From Mollicutes bacterium (lineage in GTDB: Bacteria > Bacillota_I > Bacilli_A > RF39 > UBA660), in NCBI GenBank assembly GCA_012521575.1, contig JAAYMD010000022.1:1-59277 (forward strand): 59,277 nucleotides of DNA, in the 5' to 3' direction. A program made the translations under genes and the position numbers. Positions 49,386-59,277 of this stretch are shown piece after piece. The notes under the pieces were generated by a model that did no database searches, was not told where the DNA came from, and saw nothing but the letters and a program-made list of their open reading frames with translations. The stretch's first letter is position 1. Each line of letters starts with the position of its first letter.

Positions 49386-49508
49386 TTAATGCGATAATAC
49401 TTTACGCCCTTTTTTGCGTCTCCTCTTAATTATATTTTTATTCATGCGAGCAAAAAAGCCGTGTTTCTTACTTCTTTTTCTTTTATTTGGTTGATAAGTT
49501 CTTTTCAT
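49386..49508 (-). CDS. rpmH: 50S ribosomal protein L34 (40 aa)
   Basis: [20 protein letters not shown] motif. The ATG at 49508 follows a GGAGGTG RBS. The 66-aa ORF-track version extends through its own promoter. Confidence 0.9.
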   Translation of the reverse strand: MKRTYQPNKRKRSKKHGFFARMNKNIIKRRRKKGRKVLSH

Positions 49509-49545
49509 TTTTTTCACCTCCATGTTTTTCACATTTGCTTTTCTA

Positions 49546-49574
49546 ATTATATATATCTTTTTCCTGTTTGTCAA
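49546..49574 (-). promoter_or_regulatory. Consensus sigma-A promoter of rpmH-rnpA
   Basis: The minus strand reads TTGACA, 17 nt, TATAAT. Confidence 0.7.
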
Positions 49575-49586
49575 ACATATCAACAT

Positions 49587-49820
49587 AAATATGTGAATAA
49601 CTTTATTCTTTTTTTTGTTTATTTTATTATTCTATTATATTTTTTCCACACTTATGTGGAAAAAATATTTATTTTAATCTGTTAATTACATATTTTTATT
49701 CACAAAATTGTGGAAAAGTTTATTTTATAATATTTTTTATTGTGGAAAACTATATTTCGCTTGGTTTTTTATGATTTTTATTGTAAAATAATCTTAGTTG
49801 ATTAGTTTGGTGGTGGAAAA
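49587..49820. other. oriC part 1: DnaA-box cluster upstream of dnaA
   Basis: Six 9-mers within one mismatch of TTATCCACA. They are TGTGAATAA 49592-49600, TTTTCCACA 49642-49650, TGTGGAAAA 49655-49663, TTATTCACA 49696-49704, TGTGGAAAA 49709-49717 and TGTGGAAAA 49741-49749. Confidence 0.85.
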
Positions 49821-51173
49821 ATGGAGATTAATAATATTTGGAATACTTTTTTAAAAAAAGTTCAAAATAATCTTGCTCCAATGTTATACGAAGCTTGGTT
49901 TGCTGAAACAAAATTAATTTCATTAAATGATAATAAAGCTACAATATTAGTTCCTATGGATATTCATAAAAAACACTTAAAAGAAAATTATATTACTTTA
50001 ATTGAAACTATTTTTAATGAGATTACGGGATCAAATTTTATTTTTGAATTTTTAACAGAAGAAGATATCGAAAAAAGGAAAAATCAAGAAATTTTTATTA
50101 ATAATGATGAAGAAAAAAACTCTTTTAAATCAAATTTAAATCCAAAATACACATTTGAAAATTTTGTGGTTGGCGATAGTAATAAATTTGCTAAAATGAC
50201 AGCACTTGCGGTCGCAGAAAAACCTGGTATTATGTATAATCCTTTATTTATATATAGTAATAGTGGTTTAGGAAAAACTCATTTGATGCACGCAATAGGA
50301 AATTATATCGTTAAAAATAGTAATAAAAAAGTTTTATATGTTACAAGCGAGCAATTTGTTAATGATTTTATTGAATTATATAGAAAAAATAAAGATAACA
50401 ACAATTTTGAAGAAGTGGAAAAATTCAAACGAAAATATCGAGATGTTGATGTATTAATGATAGATGATATTCAATATCTTGAAATTGCTAACAAAACCCA
50501 ACAAGAATTTTTTAATACTTTTAATGAACTTCATACTAATAATAAACAAATCATTATATCTTCTGATAGATCACCTGATGATTTAAAACAATTAGAAGAA
50601 CGATTACGGACAAGATTTACTTGGGGTTTAATGGTTGATATTATGCCGCCAAACTATGAACTTAGATTATCTATCATTGATAAAAAAATCGAAGGACATT
50701 CTTTAAATACTGATTTTCCAAAAGAAGTAAAGGAATATATTGCAAGTCATTGTACCAATGATATTAGAAAATTGGAAGGAGCAATTACTAGAGTTGTTGC
50801 GTATGCGACAATGATGGGATGTACAGATATAACTTTAGATTTAGCTGCTGAAGCATTAAAAGATTATATAGGAAATTGTAATATTTCTAAAAATAATATC
50901 GAACATGTACAACAAATTGTTGCTAATAATTATAATATAACCGTTGAAGATCTGAAAGGAAGAAGGCGTGTTTCATCAATTGCAGTACCAAGACAAATAG
51001 CTATGTATATATGTCGTACTGTATATAATGAACCTTTAACAAAAATTGGTCTTCATTTTGGTGGAAAAGATCATACTACTGTTATTCATTCAGTAGAAAA
51101 AATAAAAAAAGAATTAAAAAATAATACAAATTTAGCAAAAGAAATAAATAGGATTATAAAAAAATTGAAGTAG
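49821..51173 (+). CDS. dnaA: Chromosomal replication initiator protein DnaA
   Basis: AAA+ motif SNSGLGKTHLMHA and the domain IV DNA-binding block (HTTVIHSVEKI). Confidence 0.97.
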   Translation: MEINNIWNTFLKKVQNNLAPMLYEAWFAETKLISLNDNKATILVPMDIHKKHLKENYITLIETIFNEITGSNFIFEFLTEEDIEKRKNQEIFINNDEEKNSFKSNLNPKYTFENFVVGDSNKFAKMTALAVAEKPGIMYNPLFIYSNSGLGKTHLMHAIGNYIVKNSNKKVLYVTSEQFVNDFIELYRKNKDNNNFEEVEKFKRKYRDVDVLMIDDIQYLEIANKTQQEFFNTFNELHTNNKQIIISSDRSPDDLKQLEERLRTRFTWGLMVDIMPPNYELRLSIIDKKIEGHSLNTDFPKEVKEYIASHCTNDIRKLEGAITRVVAYATMMGCTDITLDLAAEALKDYIGNCNISKNNIEHVQQIVANNYNITVEDLKGRRRVSSIAVPRQIAMYICRTVYNEPLTKIGLHFGGKDHTTVIHSVEKIKKELKNNTNLAKEINRIIKKLK

Positions 51174-51324
51174 GTGTGAATAAATAAAAAAAACAAAAAA
51201 GTTATACACATAAAAATAATATTAATTATCCTTTAAATATAAACTATAAATAAAGTTTTCCACATTTTCCACACCTATAATAATAATAAATTTTAAAAAA
51301 GAATAAAAAAAGGAGAGATAATTT
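51174..51324. other. oriC part 2: DnaA boxes plus AT-rich unwinding region between dnaA and dnaN
   Basis: Boxes TGTGAATAA 51175-51183 and TTATACACA 51202-51210, and tandem TTTTCCACA at 51256-51264 and 51265-51273. These are followed by CC, then TA(TAA)4 and an A/T-only stretch. Confidence 0.8.
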
Positions 51325-52446
51325 ATGAATTTTGAAATTGAACAAAAAATTTTTATGGAACATTTAAATAGCGTTATAAAAGGAATTTCTAACAAGAATT
51401 TAATACCAATATTAAATTGTATAAAAATGGATTTAACTGAAGAGGGACTTTATTTGTTAAGTACTAATAATGATATTGCTATAAAAAGTTTTATTTCAGC
51501 AGATAAAATAAAAAATATAAAATCAACAGGAACTATTGTTGTGTATGGAAAATATTTATATGAAATAATTAGAAAATTGCCTGATAAAATAATAAAAATA
51601 GAAGAAGTTTTTGAAGACAAGATTAATATATATACAGATAATTCTTCATTTTATTTAAATTGTAATAAAGTTGAAGATTTTCCAACTTTAAATTTAGAAG
51701 AAAGTAGCCAACCTATAAAATTAAGTATTAAATCTTTAAAAAATATAATAAATCAAACTATATTTGCAACTGCTATTAGTGAAGAAAGACCTGTATTAAC
51801 AGGAATTAATTTTTATATAAAAGATAATATATTAAAATGTGTTGCAACAGATTCTTATCGTTTAGCTTCAAAAGTTATTGAGCTTAATCAAAAAATAGAT
51901 AATGAAACTAATATTATAATACCTAGTAAAAATATTCAAGAATTAAATAAACTTCTTAGTGATGAAGAAGATTTTGTTGAATTACATGTTTTTAGCTCTT
52001 ATGTTATTTTTAAATTTTCTGATATTATTTTTATGTCTCGTTTAATTCAAGGAACTTATCCTAATGCAACAGCATTAATACCTACTGAATTTATGTTGAA
52101 AACAAAAGTTAAAAAAGTTGATTTTTATAATTCTATTGACCGAGCTTCTCTTCTTGCAAATGAATATGAAAAACATACTATAAAGTTAGAATTAAAAGGT
52201 CAAGAAATAACTATTTCTTCCAATATTCAAGAAATAGGTAAAGTTGAAGAAAAAATAATTATTGAAAAAGATAATGATATAGATATAGTAATTTCATTTT
52301 CTGCTAAATATATGTTAGAAGCATTAAAGGCGATGGATGATGAATTTATTGTGATTCATTTTAATGGGGATTTAAATCCAATAGTTATTACTAATCAAAA
52401 CGACAATAATCTTATTCAATTAATTTTACCAATAAGAACTTACTAG
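51325..52446 (+). CDS. dnaN: DNA polymerase III subunit beta (sliding clamp)
   Basis: 373 aa, directly after dnaA, with clamp-like conserved blocks (ATDSYRLA, LPIRTY-type C-terminus). Confidence 0.95.
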   Translation: MNFEIEQKIFMEHLNSVIKGISNKNLIPILNCIKMDLTEEGLYLLSTNNDIAIKSFISADKIKNIKSTGTIVVYGKYLYEIIRKLPDKIIKIEEVFEDKINIYTDNSSFYLNCNKVEDFPTLNLEESSQPIKLSIKSLKNIINQTIFATAISEERPVLTGINFYIKDNILKCVATDSYRLASKVIELNQKIDNETNIIIPSKNIQELNKLLSDEEDFVELHVFSSYVIFKFSDIIFMSRLIQGTYPNATALIPTEFMLKTKVKKVDFYNSIDRASLLANEYEKHTIKLELKGQEITISSNIQEIGKVEEKIIIEKDNDIDIVISFSAKYMLEALKAMDDEFIVIHFNGDLNPIVITNQNDNNLIQLILPIRTY

Positions 52447-52479
52447 TAACAAAAATTTGTTTTAAATATAAAAAATAAT

Positions 52480-52511
52480 GTCCGAAATGTAAAAAACTCG
52501 GACTTTTTTTT
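52480..52511 (+). terminator. Rho-independent terminator after dnaN
   Basis: GTCCGA (52480-52485) pairs with TCGGAC (52497-52502), followed by T9. Confidence 0.7.
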
Positions 52512-52645
52512 ATTGTAGTTACAAATTTAGACAAATAAGTAAGCATTTAAGACAAAAAAATGAAAAAAATGTGAAAAATATTGTATCATAAGTAGGAATT
52601 TAGCAATAAATGTAGAATGTTATTTATAGGAGGTGATTTTTTTAA

Positions 52646-53095
52646 ATGTATGAGATCAATTTAGCAACTATCGCAATATTAGCAATTGATGAAAATAGAA
52701 GTAAAGTAATTGAGGATGATGAAACTTTTATAGTTGAACGTCCAACTCCAAAAGTAATTGATGATAGTTGCAGATATTTTGGAAGCTCTTATATTGGAAG
52801 ATTTGAAGGAAGTAAAAATTTTTTAGGTAGAACTATTTATAAATCTCCTATTATTATTGAAGAAACTAATGAGATTATCTTTTTTCCAACTGGTTCAGCA
52901 CGATCATCAGATTGTTCATGGATTTGTTTAAAGAAAATAGAACGTTTTGAGAAAAAAGATAATCAAACATTAGTATATTTCAAAAATGGGAGTTCAATAA
53001 CTGTTCCTATTAGATATGCTTCTTTTCAAAATCAGGTATTAAGAGCTTCACGTCTAGAATCTGTTTTAAGACAGAGAAAAGCAAAAAAAGCGTAA
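52646..53095 (+). CDS. comK: ComK family protein (149 aa, shorter than B. subtilis ComK at the C-terminus)
   Basis: Hand alignment to B. subtilis ComK gives these pairs: YEINLATIAIL/YEVNGATIAVL, CRYFGSSYIGR/CRFFGSSYAGR, SPIIIEETNEIIFFPT/PPIMVDPSNQIFLFPT, and PIRYASFQNQVLRASRL/PISYNSFENQVYRTAWL. Confidence 0.85.
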   Translation: MYEINLATIAILAIDENRSKVIEDDETFIVERPTPKVIDDSCRYFGSSYIGRFEGSKNFLGRTIYKSPIIIEETNEIIFFPTGSARSSDCSWICLKKIERFEKKDNQTLVYFKNGSSITVPIRYASFQNQVLRASRLESVLRQRKAKKA

Positions 53096-53117
53096 TTTAC
53101 GCTTTTTTTGCTTTTTA
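53077..53117 (+). terminator. Rho-independent terminator after the comK-like gene
   Basis: 19-bp stem AAAAGCAAAAAAAGCGTAA with TTACGCTTTTTTTGCTTTT. Overlaps the stop codon. Confidence 0.7.
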
Positions 53118-53137
53118 AGCTTATTTTATGGTATAAT
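53108..53137 (+). promoter_or_regulatory. Sigma-A promoter (extended -10) for recF-gyrB-gyrA
   Basis: TTGCTT, an 18-nt spacer ending in TGg, then TATAAT (53132-53137). Confidence 0.6.
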
Positions 53138-53211
53138 TGTTGTGTATGTATAGGGGGTAAATTGAATATAAAAAACAATTTAAAATACCTTAAAAAAGGA
53201 AAAGAGGGAAA

Positions 53212-56251
<3,040 letters not shown>

Positions 56252-56266
56252 AAGGAGATGTATAGT

Positions 56267-58708
56267 ATGGATAAAAAGATACAAGTTGTAAATATATCCG
56301 ATGAAATGGAAAGCTCTTTTCTTGATTATTCAATGAGTGTCATAGTATCAAGAGCACTTCCAGATGTCCGAGATGGTCTAAAACCAGTTCATAGACGTAT
56401 ATTATACACAATGTATGAGGAAGGATTCTTACCGGATAAGAAGTATGTTAAAAGTGCAAATACAGTTGGTAATGTTCTTGCCCATTATCACCCACACGGA
56501 GATGCTGCTGTGTATGATACTATGGTAAGAATGGCACAACCATTTAATTATAGATATCCCTTAGTTGATGGTCATGGAAATTTTGGTTCTATAGATGGTT
56601 ATGCTGCGGCTGCACAACGTTATACAGAAGCAAGACTAGCAAAAATTTCAATGGAGTTGTTACGTGATATAAATAAGGACACTGTTGATTTTATGAAAAA
56701 CTATGATGGTGAGCGAATAGAACCAGTAGTTTTACCAAGTCGATTTCCTAATATTTTAGTAAACGGAACAATGGGAATTGCGGTAGGGATGGCTACTAAT
56801 ATTCCTCCCCACAATCTAGGTGAAGTAATAGATGGATGTATAGCTTATATAGATAATAATGATATTACAACGTCGGAATTAATGGAATTTATTAAAGGTC
56901 CTGATTTTCCAACTGGTGCTAGTATTTTAGGAAATAGTGGAATAAAAAAAGCATATGAAACAGGAAAAGGTAATATTACAATCCGCTCAAAATGTGAAAT
57001 TGTTGAACATAAAAATGGAAAACAAAGTATTGTTATCACAGAAATTCCATATCAAGTTAATAAATCAACATTAATTTCTAAAATTGCAGATTTAGTAAAA
57101 GATAAGGTTATAGATGGTATAACGGATTTACGTGATGAGACTGACTTAAATGGAATAAGAATTGTGATCGAACTTAGAAGAGATGTGATTGCAAATGTTA
57201 TTTTAAATAATTTATATAAATATACAAATTTACAAACTTCTTATAGTATTCATCTTTTAGCGCTAGTTGATGGTGAACCTAAACTTTTAGGATTAAAAGA
57301 TATAATTGAAAAATATGTAGAACACCAAAAAGTAGTAATTTATAGAAGAACAAAATTTGATTTAGAAAAAGCTGAAAATCGCGCTCATATTTTAGAAGGT
57401 CTTGTAATTGCGCTCGAAAATATTGATGATATAATAGAAATAATTAAAAAAGCTGCTGATGATAAAAGCGCTATTGAACAATTGATTAGTAAATATAATT
57501 TAACAATTGAACAAGCAGAAGCAATACTTGAAATGAAGTTAAGAAGATTAACAGGCCTTGAAAGAAGTAAAATAGAGGAAGAATTAAAAGAATTAACTTT
57601 ATTAATTGCAGATTTAAAAGAAATATTATCAAGTAATGAAAAAATTTCCAATATTATAAAGGAAGAATTATTAGAAATAAAAAGTAAATATAAAGACGAG
57701 AGAAGAACAAAAATTGATATTACAGCTATTGAACATATTGAAGATGAATCATTAATTCCGGTAGAAGATATAGTAGTAACTTTAACGAATAATGGTTATA
57801 TAAAAAGAATAACAAGTGAAACATATCGCACACAAAACCGTGGTGGTGTTGGAATTAAAGGAATGTCGATAAATGAAGAAGATATTGTAGATCAATTATT
57901 AATAGCAAAAACTCATGATTATATTATGTTTTTTACTAATAAAGGAAAAGTTTATCGAACAAAAGGTTACACAATACCTGAATATAGCAGACAATCTAAA
58001 GGATTACCAATTGTAAATCTATTACCATTAGAAAAAGATGAAAAAGTAAAAGTTTTATTAAAAATAAACGAAGAAGACAAAAATAATTATTTTGTATTTT
58101 GTACACAAAAAGGGTTGGTAAAACGAACAAAAATATCAGAATTTGAAAATATTAGAGTAACTGGAAAAATTGCCATAACATTAAAAGAAGATGATGAATT
58201 AATTTCTGTAAGAAAAACAAATGGTAATAATGATATTATGATAGCAACAGAAAATGGAAATATGATTAGATTTAATGAAAAAGAAGTAAGAGTAATGGGA
58301 AGAAATGCTAGTGGTGTTAAAGGAATTAATATAAACAACGACAAATGTGTAGGATGCGAAATCGCCACTAATAATCAATTAGTGTTAATTGTTACTGAAA
58401 AAGGTTATGGTAAAAAAACTGATATAAATGAATATAGAACAACACATCGTGGCACGAAAGGTGTTAAAGCACTAAATATTACTGAAAAAAATGGTAACAT
58501 TGTAGCATTCAAATTGGTGAATGGGGATGAAGATTTAATGATAATTACCGATTCAGGAACAATTATTAAATTATCTTTAAAACAAATTTCGACTACAGGT
58601 CGTATTGCTCAAGGAGTAAAACTAATAAATTTAAAAGATGACCAAAAAGTAAGTTCCATTGCTATAGACAATAATATAGATGACAATTTAGAAAACGATG
58701 ATAAATAA
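56267..58708 (+). CDS. gyrA: DNA gyrase subunit A
   Basis: [12 protein letters not shown], the QRDR-region [18 protein letters not shown] and the active-site [11 protein letters not shown]. The ATG at 56267 lies 9 nt after an AAGGAG RBS. Confidence 0.97.
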   Translation: MDKKIQVVNISDEMESSFLDYSMSVIVSRALPDVRDGLKPVHRRILYTMYEEGFLPDKKYVKSANTVGNVLAHYHPHGDAAVYDTMVRMAQPFNYRYPLVDGHGNFGSIDGYAAAAQRYTEARLAKISMELLRDINKDTVDFMKNYDGERIEPVVLPSRFPNILVNGTMGIAVGMATNIPPHNLGEVIDGCIAYIDNNDITTSELMEFIKGPDFPTGASILGNSGIKKAYETGKGNITIRSKCEIVEHKNGKQSIVITEIPYQVNKSTLISKIADLVKDKVIDGITDLRDETDLNGIRIVIELRRDVIANVILNNLYKYTNLQTSYSIHLLALVDGEPKLLGLKDIIEKYVEHQKVVIYRRTKFDLEKAENRAHILEGLVIALENIDDIIEIIKKAADDKSAIEQLISKYNLTIEQAEAILEMKLRRLTGLERSKIEEELKELTLLIADLKEILSSNEKISNIIKEELLEIKSKYKDERRTKIDITAIEHIEDESLIPVEDIVVTLTNNGYIKRITSETYRTQNRGGVGIKGMSINEEDIVDQLLIAKTHDYIMFFTNKGKVYRTKGYTIPEYSRQSKGLPIVNLLPLEKDEKVKVLLKINEEDKNNYFVFCTQKGLVKRTKISEFENIRVTGKIAITLKEDDELISVRKTNGNNDIMIATENGNMIRFNEKEVRVMGRNASGVKGININNDKCVGCEIATNNQLVLIVTEKGYGKKTDINEYRTTHRGTKGVKALNITEKNGNIVAFKLVNGDEDLMIITDSGTIIKLSLKQISTTGRIAQGVKLINLKDDQKVSSIAIDNNIDDNLENDDK

Positions 58709-58724
58709 TTTATCATCGTTTTAA
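58692..58724 (+). terminator. Rho-independent terminator after gyrA
   Basis: AAAACGATGATAAA (58692-58705) pairs with TTTATCATCGTTTT (58709-58722). Spans the stop codon. Confidence 0.7.
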
Positions 58725-58740
58725 TGTTTCACGTGAAACA
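58725..58740. other. parS site 1 (TGTTTCACGTGAAACA)
   Basis: Exact match to the symmetric form of the Spo0J/ParB parS consensus TGTTNCACGTGAAACA. Confidence 0.85.
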
Positions 58741-58914
58741 ATACTTTTACATTTTATAATATATTTTTATTCAAAATATTTTTGTAAACAAAAAAAAGAG
58801 CACATTATTAAATATCATCGACGATTTGTTGAAATTAAAAAATTTTTTAATGATTAATAAATTTAAATTTTATATGAAGTATTAAATTGATCTAGTGTAA
58901 ATAATATATGAAAT

Positions 58915-58930
58915 TATTTCCCGGGAAATA
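58915..58930. other. Noc-binding site (NBS), perfect 16-bp palindrome TATTTCCCGGGAAATA
   Basis: Exact match to the B. subtilis NBS consensus core ATTTCCCGGGAAAT with symmetric flanks. Lies 1 bp from parS site 2. Confidence 0.8.
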
Positions 58931-58931
58931 A

Positions 58932-58947
58932 TGTTTCACGTGAAACA
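58932..58947. other. parS site 2 (TGTTTCACGTGAAACA)
   Basis: Exact 16-mer. With flanks it is the 18-bp palindrome ATGTTTCACGTGAAACAT. Confidence 0.85.
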
Positions 58948-59063
58948 TCATTTTATTATTATATTGATATGTTAAAAAAATAATAATTAATATATTAAAT
59001 AATTTGATACAGTTTTTTTTATTTTTTAGTAGTAAAACATATAAAATATTTTTCACTAACCAA

Positions 59064-59079
59064 TGTTTCACGTGAAACA
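59064..59079. other. parS site 3 (TGTTTCACGTGAAACA)
   Basis: Exact 16-mer, 18-bp palindrome with flanks. Confidence 0.85.
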
Positions 59080-59111
59080 TTAAATTGATCTAGTATAATA
59101 ATGTATAAAAA

Positions 59112-59127
59112 TTTTTTTCGAGAAATA
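59112..59127. other. Degenerate NBS-like element (TTTTTTTCGAGAAATA, 4 of 16 positions differ)
   Basis: Occupies the position homologous to the perfect NBS in repeat copy A. Probably not a functional Noc site. Confidence 0.4.
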
Positions 59128-59128
59128 A

Positions 59129-59144
59129 TGTTTCACGTGAAACA
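59129..59144. other. parS site 4 (TGTTTCACGTGAAACA)
   Basis: Exact 16-mer, 18-bp palindrome with flanks. Confidence 0.85.
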
Positions 59145-59174
59145 TTATAATAAATGTGAAAAAGTAAGTAATTC

Positions 59175-59203
59175 TTGCTTTTTTTTAAAAAATGTTATAT
59201 TAT
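59175..59203 (+). promoter_or_regulatory. Candidate sigma-A promoter of the SRP RNA gene
   Basis: TTGCTT (59175-59180), 17 nt, TATTAT (59198-59203). The predicted start near 59210 coincides with the first base of the terminal helix. Confidence 0.4.
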
Positions 59204-59209
59204 TAATTT

Positions 59210-59277
59210 GACACAACATATATAATCGAACCAGGTCAGGATCGGAAGATAGCAGCCTTAAGATTCCCTATATGTGT
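59210..59277 (+). ncRNA. ffs: Signal recognition particle RNA (4.5S/scRNA), running to or past the window edge
   Basis: CCAGGTCAGGATCGGAAGATAGCAGCC matches the universal domain IV motif CCAGGUCAGGUCCGGAAGGAAGCAGCC, including a GGAA tetraloop. The 5' ACACA..ATATA..AATC pairs with the 3' GATT..TATAT..GTGT. The 3' end is not visible. Confidence 0.75.

Larger units (their letters stand above)
58881..58948 (+). repeat. Direct repeat copy A (leader motif + NBS + parS module)
   Basis: ATTAAATTGATCTAGT...TATTTCCCGGGAAATA-A-TGTTTCACGTGAAACA-T. Aligns by hand with 59079-59145 (8 mismatches and 1 gap over 68 nt). Confidence 0.8.
59079..59145 (+). repeat. Direct repeat copy B (same module, NBS decayed)
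   Basis: ATTAAATTGATCTAGT...TTTTTTTCGAGAAATA-A-TGTTTCACGTGAAACA-T. Confidence 0.8.

Noticed and set aside
49509-49586. N-terminal extension of rpmH to 66 aa ([10 protein letters not shown]...).
   Set aside because: A consensus TTGACA-17-TATAAT promoter (49546-49574) lies inside the extension. A GGAGGTG RBS precedes the canonical MKRTYQP start at 49508.
58892-59080. 62-aa minus-strand ORF starting MFHVKH and containing a second MFHVKH.
   Set aside because: It is an artefact of the parS palindromes, because ATGTTTCACGTGAAACAT translates to MFHVKH on either strand. It has no RBS, a low-complexity AT-driven sequence, and spans the NBS/parS array.
59208-59226. TTGACA (59208-59213) and TATAAT (59221-59226) as the SRP RNA promoter.
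   Set aside because: Only 7 nt separate the hexamers. Both fall inside the predicted 5' arm of the SRP RNA terminal helix. The TTGCTT-17-TATTAT pair upstream fits better.

Overview
All calls below were made by eye from the sequence and the ORF track, with no database search. The window is a very AT-rich, standard-code segment of a Bacillota (Firmicutes)-type chromosome centred on the replication origin. TGA is a stop codon (rplP ends at TGA 25848-25850), and all conserved genes are full length under code 11.

To the left of oriC almost everything is on the minus strand, co-oriented with the leftward fork. Reading away from oriC the order is rpmH-rnpA-yidC-jag-mnmE-mnmG-rsmG-noc, then an inserted block uvrB-yvlD-like-lgt-trxB, then soj-spo0J-mscS-DUF951-AbgT-like-ychF and rpsF-ssb-rpsR. 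Next comes the complete S10-spc-alpha ribosomal cluster (rpsJ to rplQ, without rpmD). Beyond it lie an SDR oxidoreductase, a P-type Ca-ATPase-like pump and desulfoferrodoxin, followed by two plus-strand genes (a CPBP protease and a metallophosphoesterase). The order then continues with rimP-nusA-ylxR-infB-rbfA, a patatin-like lipase, trpS, a DUF368 protein, a CotY/CotZ-family spore coat gene and a few hypotheticals.

To the right of oriC, on the plus strand, lie dnaA, dnaN, a ComK-family gene, recF, gyrB and gyrA. These are followed by a 570-bp non-coding spacer and the 5' part of an SRP RNA at the window edge. DnaA-box clusters flank dnaA, giving a bipartite oriC.

No transposase, integrase, CRISPR array, tRNA or rRNA was seen, so this is mostly core genome. 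The observations most worth follow-up are:
- Four perfect parS palindromes sit within 420 bp after gyrA. One is butted against a perfect Noc-binding-site (NBS) palindrome, and the NBS-parS module is duplicated with a decayed NBS.
- The Noc-type ParB paralog lacks an N-terminal amphipathic helix and carries a roughly 230-aa acidic, Asn-rich insertion. A perfect NBS lies inside rsmG, and an everted NBS-half-site palindrome lies just upstream of noc.
- rplB is interrupted by a 1-nt frameshift in an A7 run.
- A C-terminally short ComK-family gene sits as its own transcription unit between dnaN and recF.
- The rpsJ 5' leader is G+C-enriched and probably structured.
- Smaller oddities include a RimP reduced to its N-terminal domain, a leader terminator in front of rimP-nusA-infB, and an SSB without the canonical C-terminal tip.
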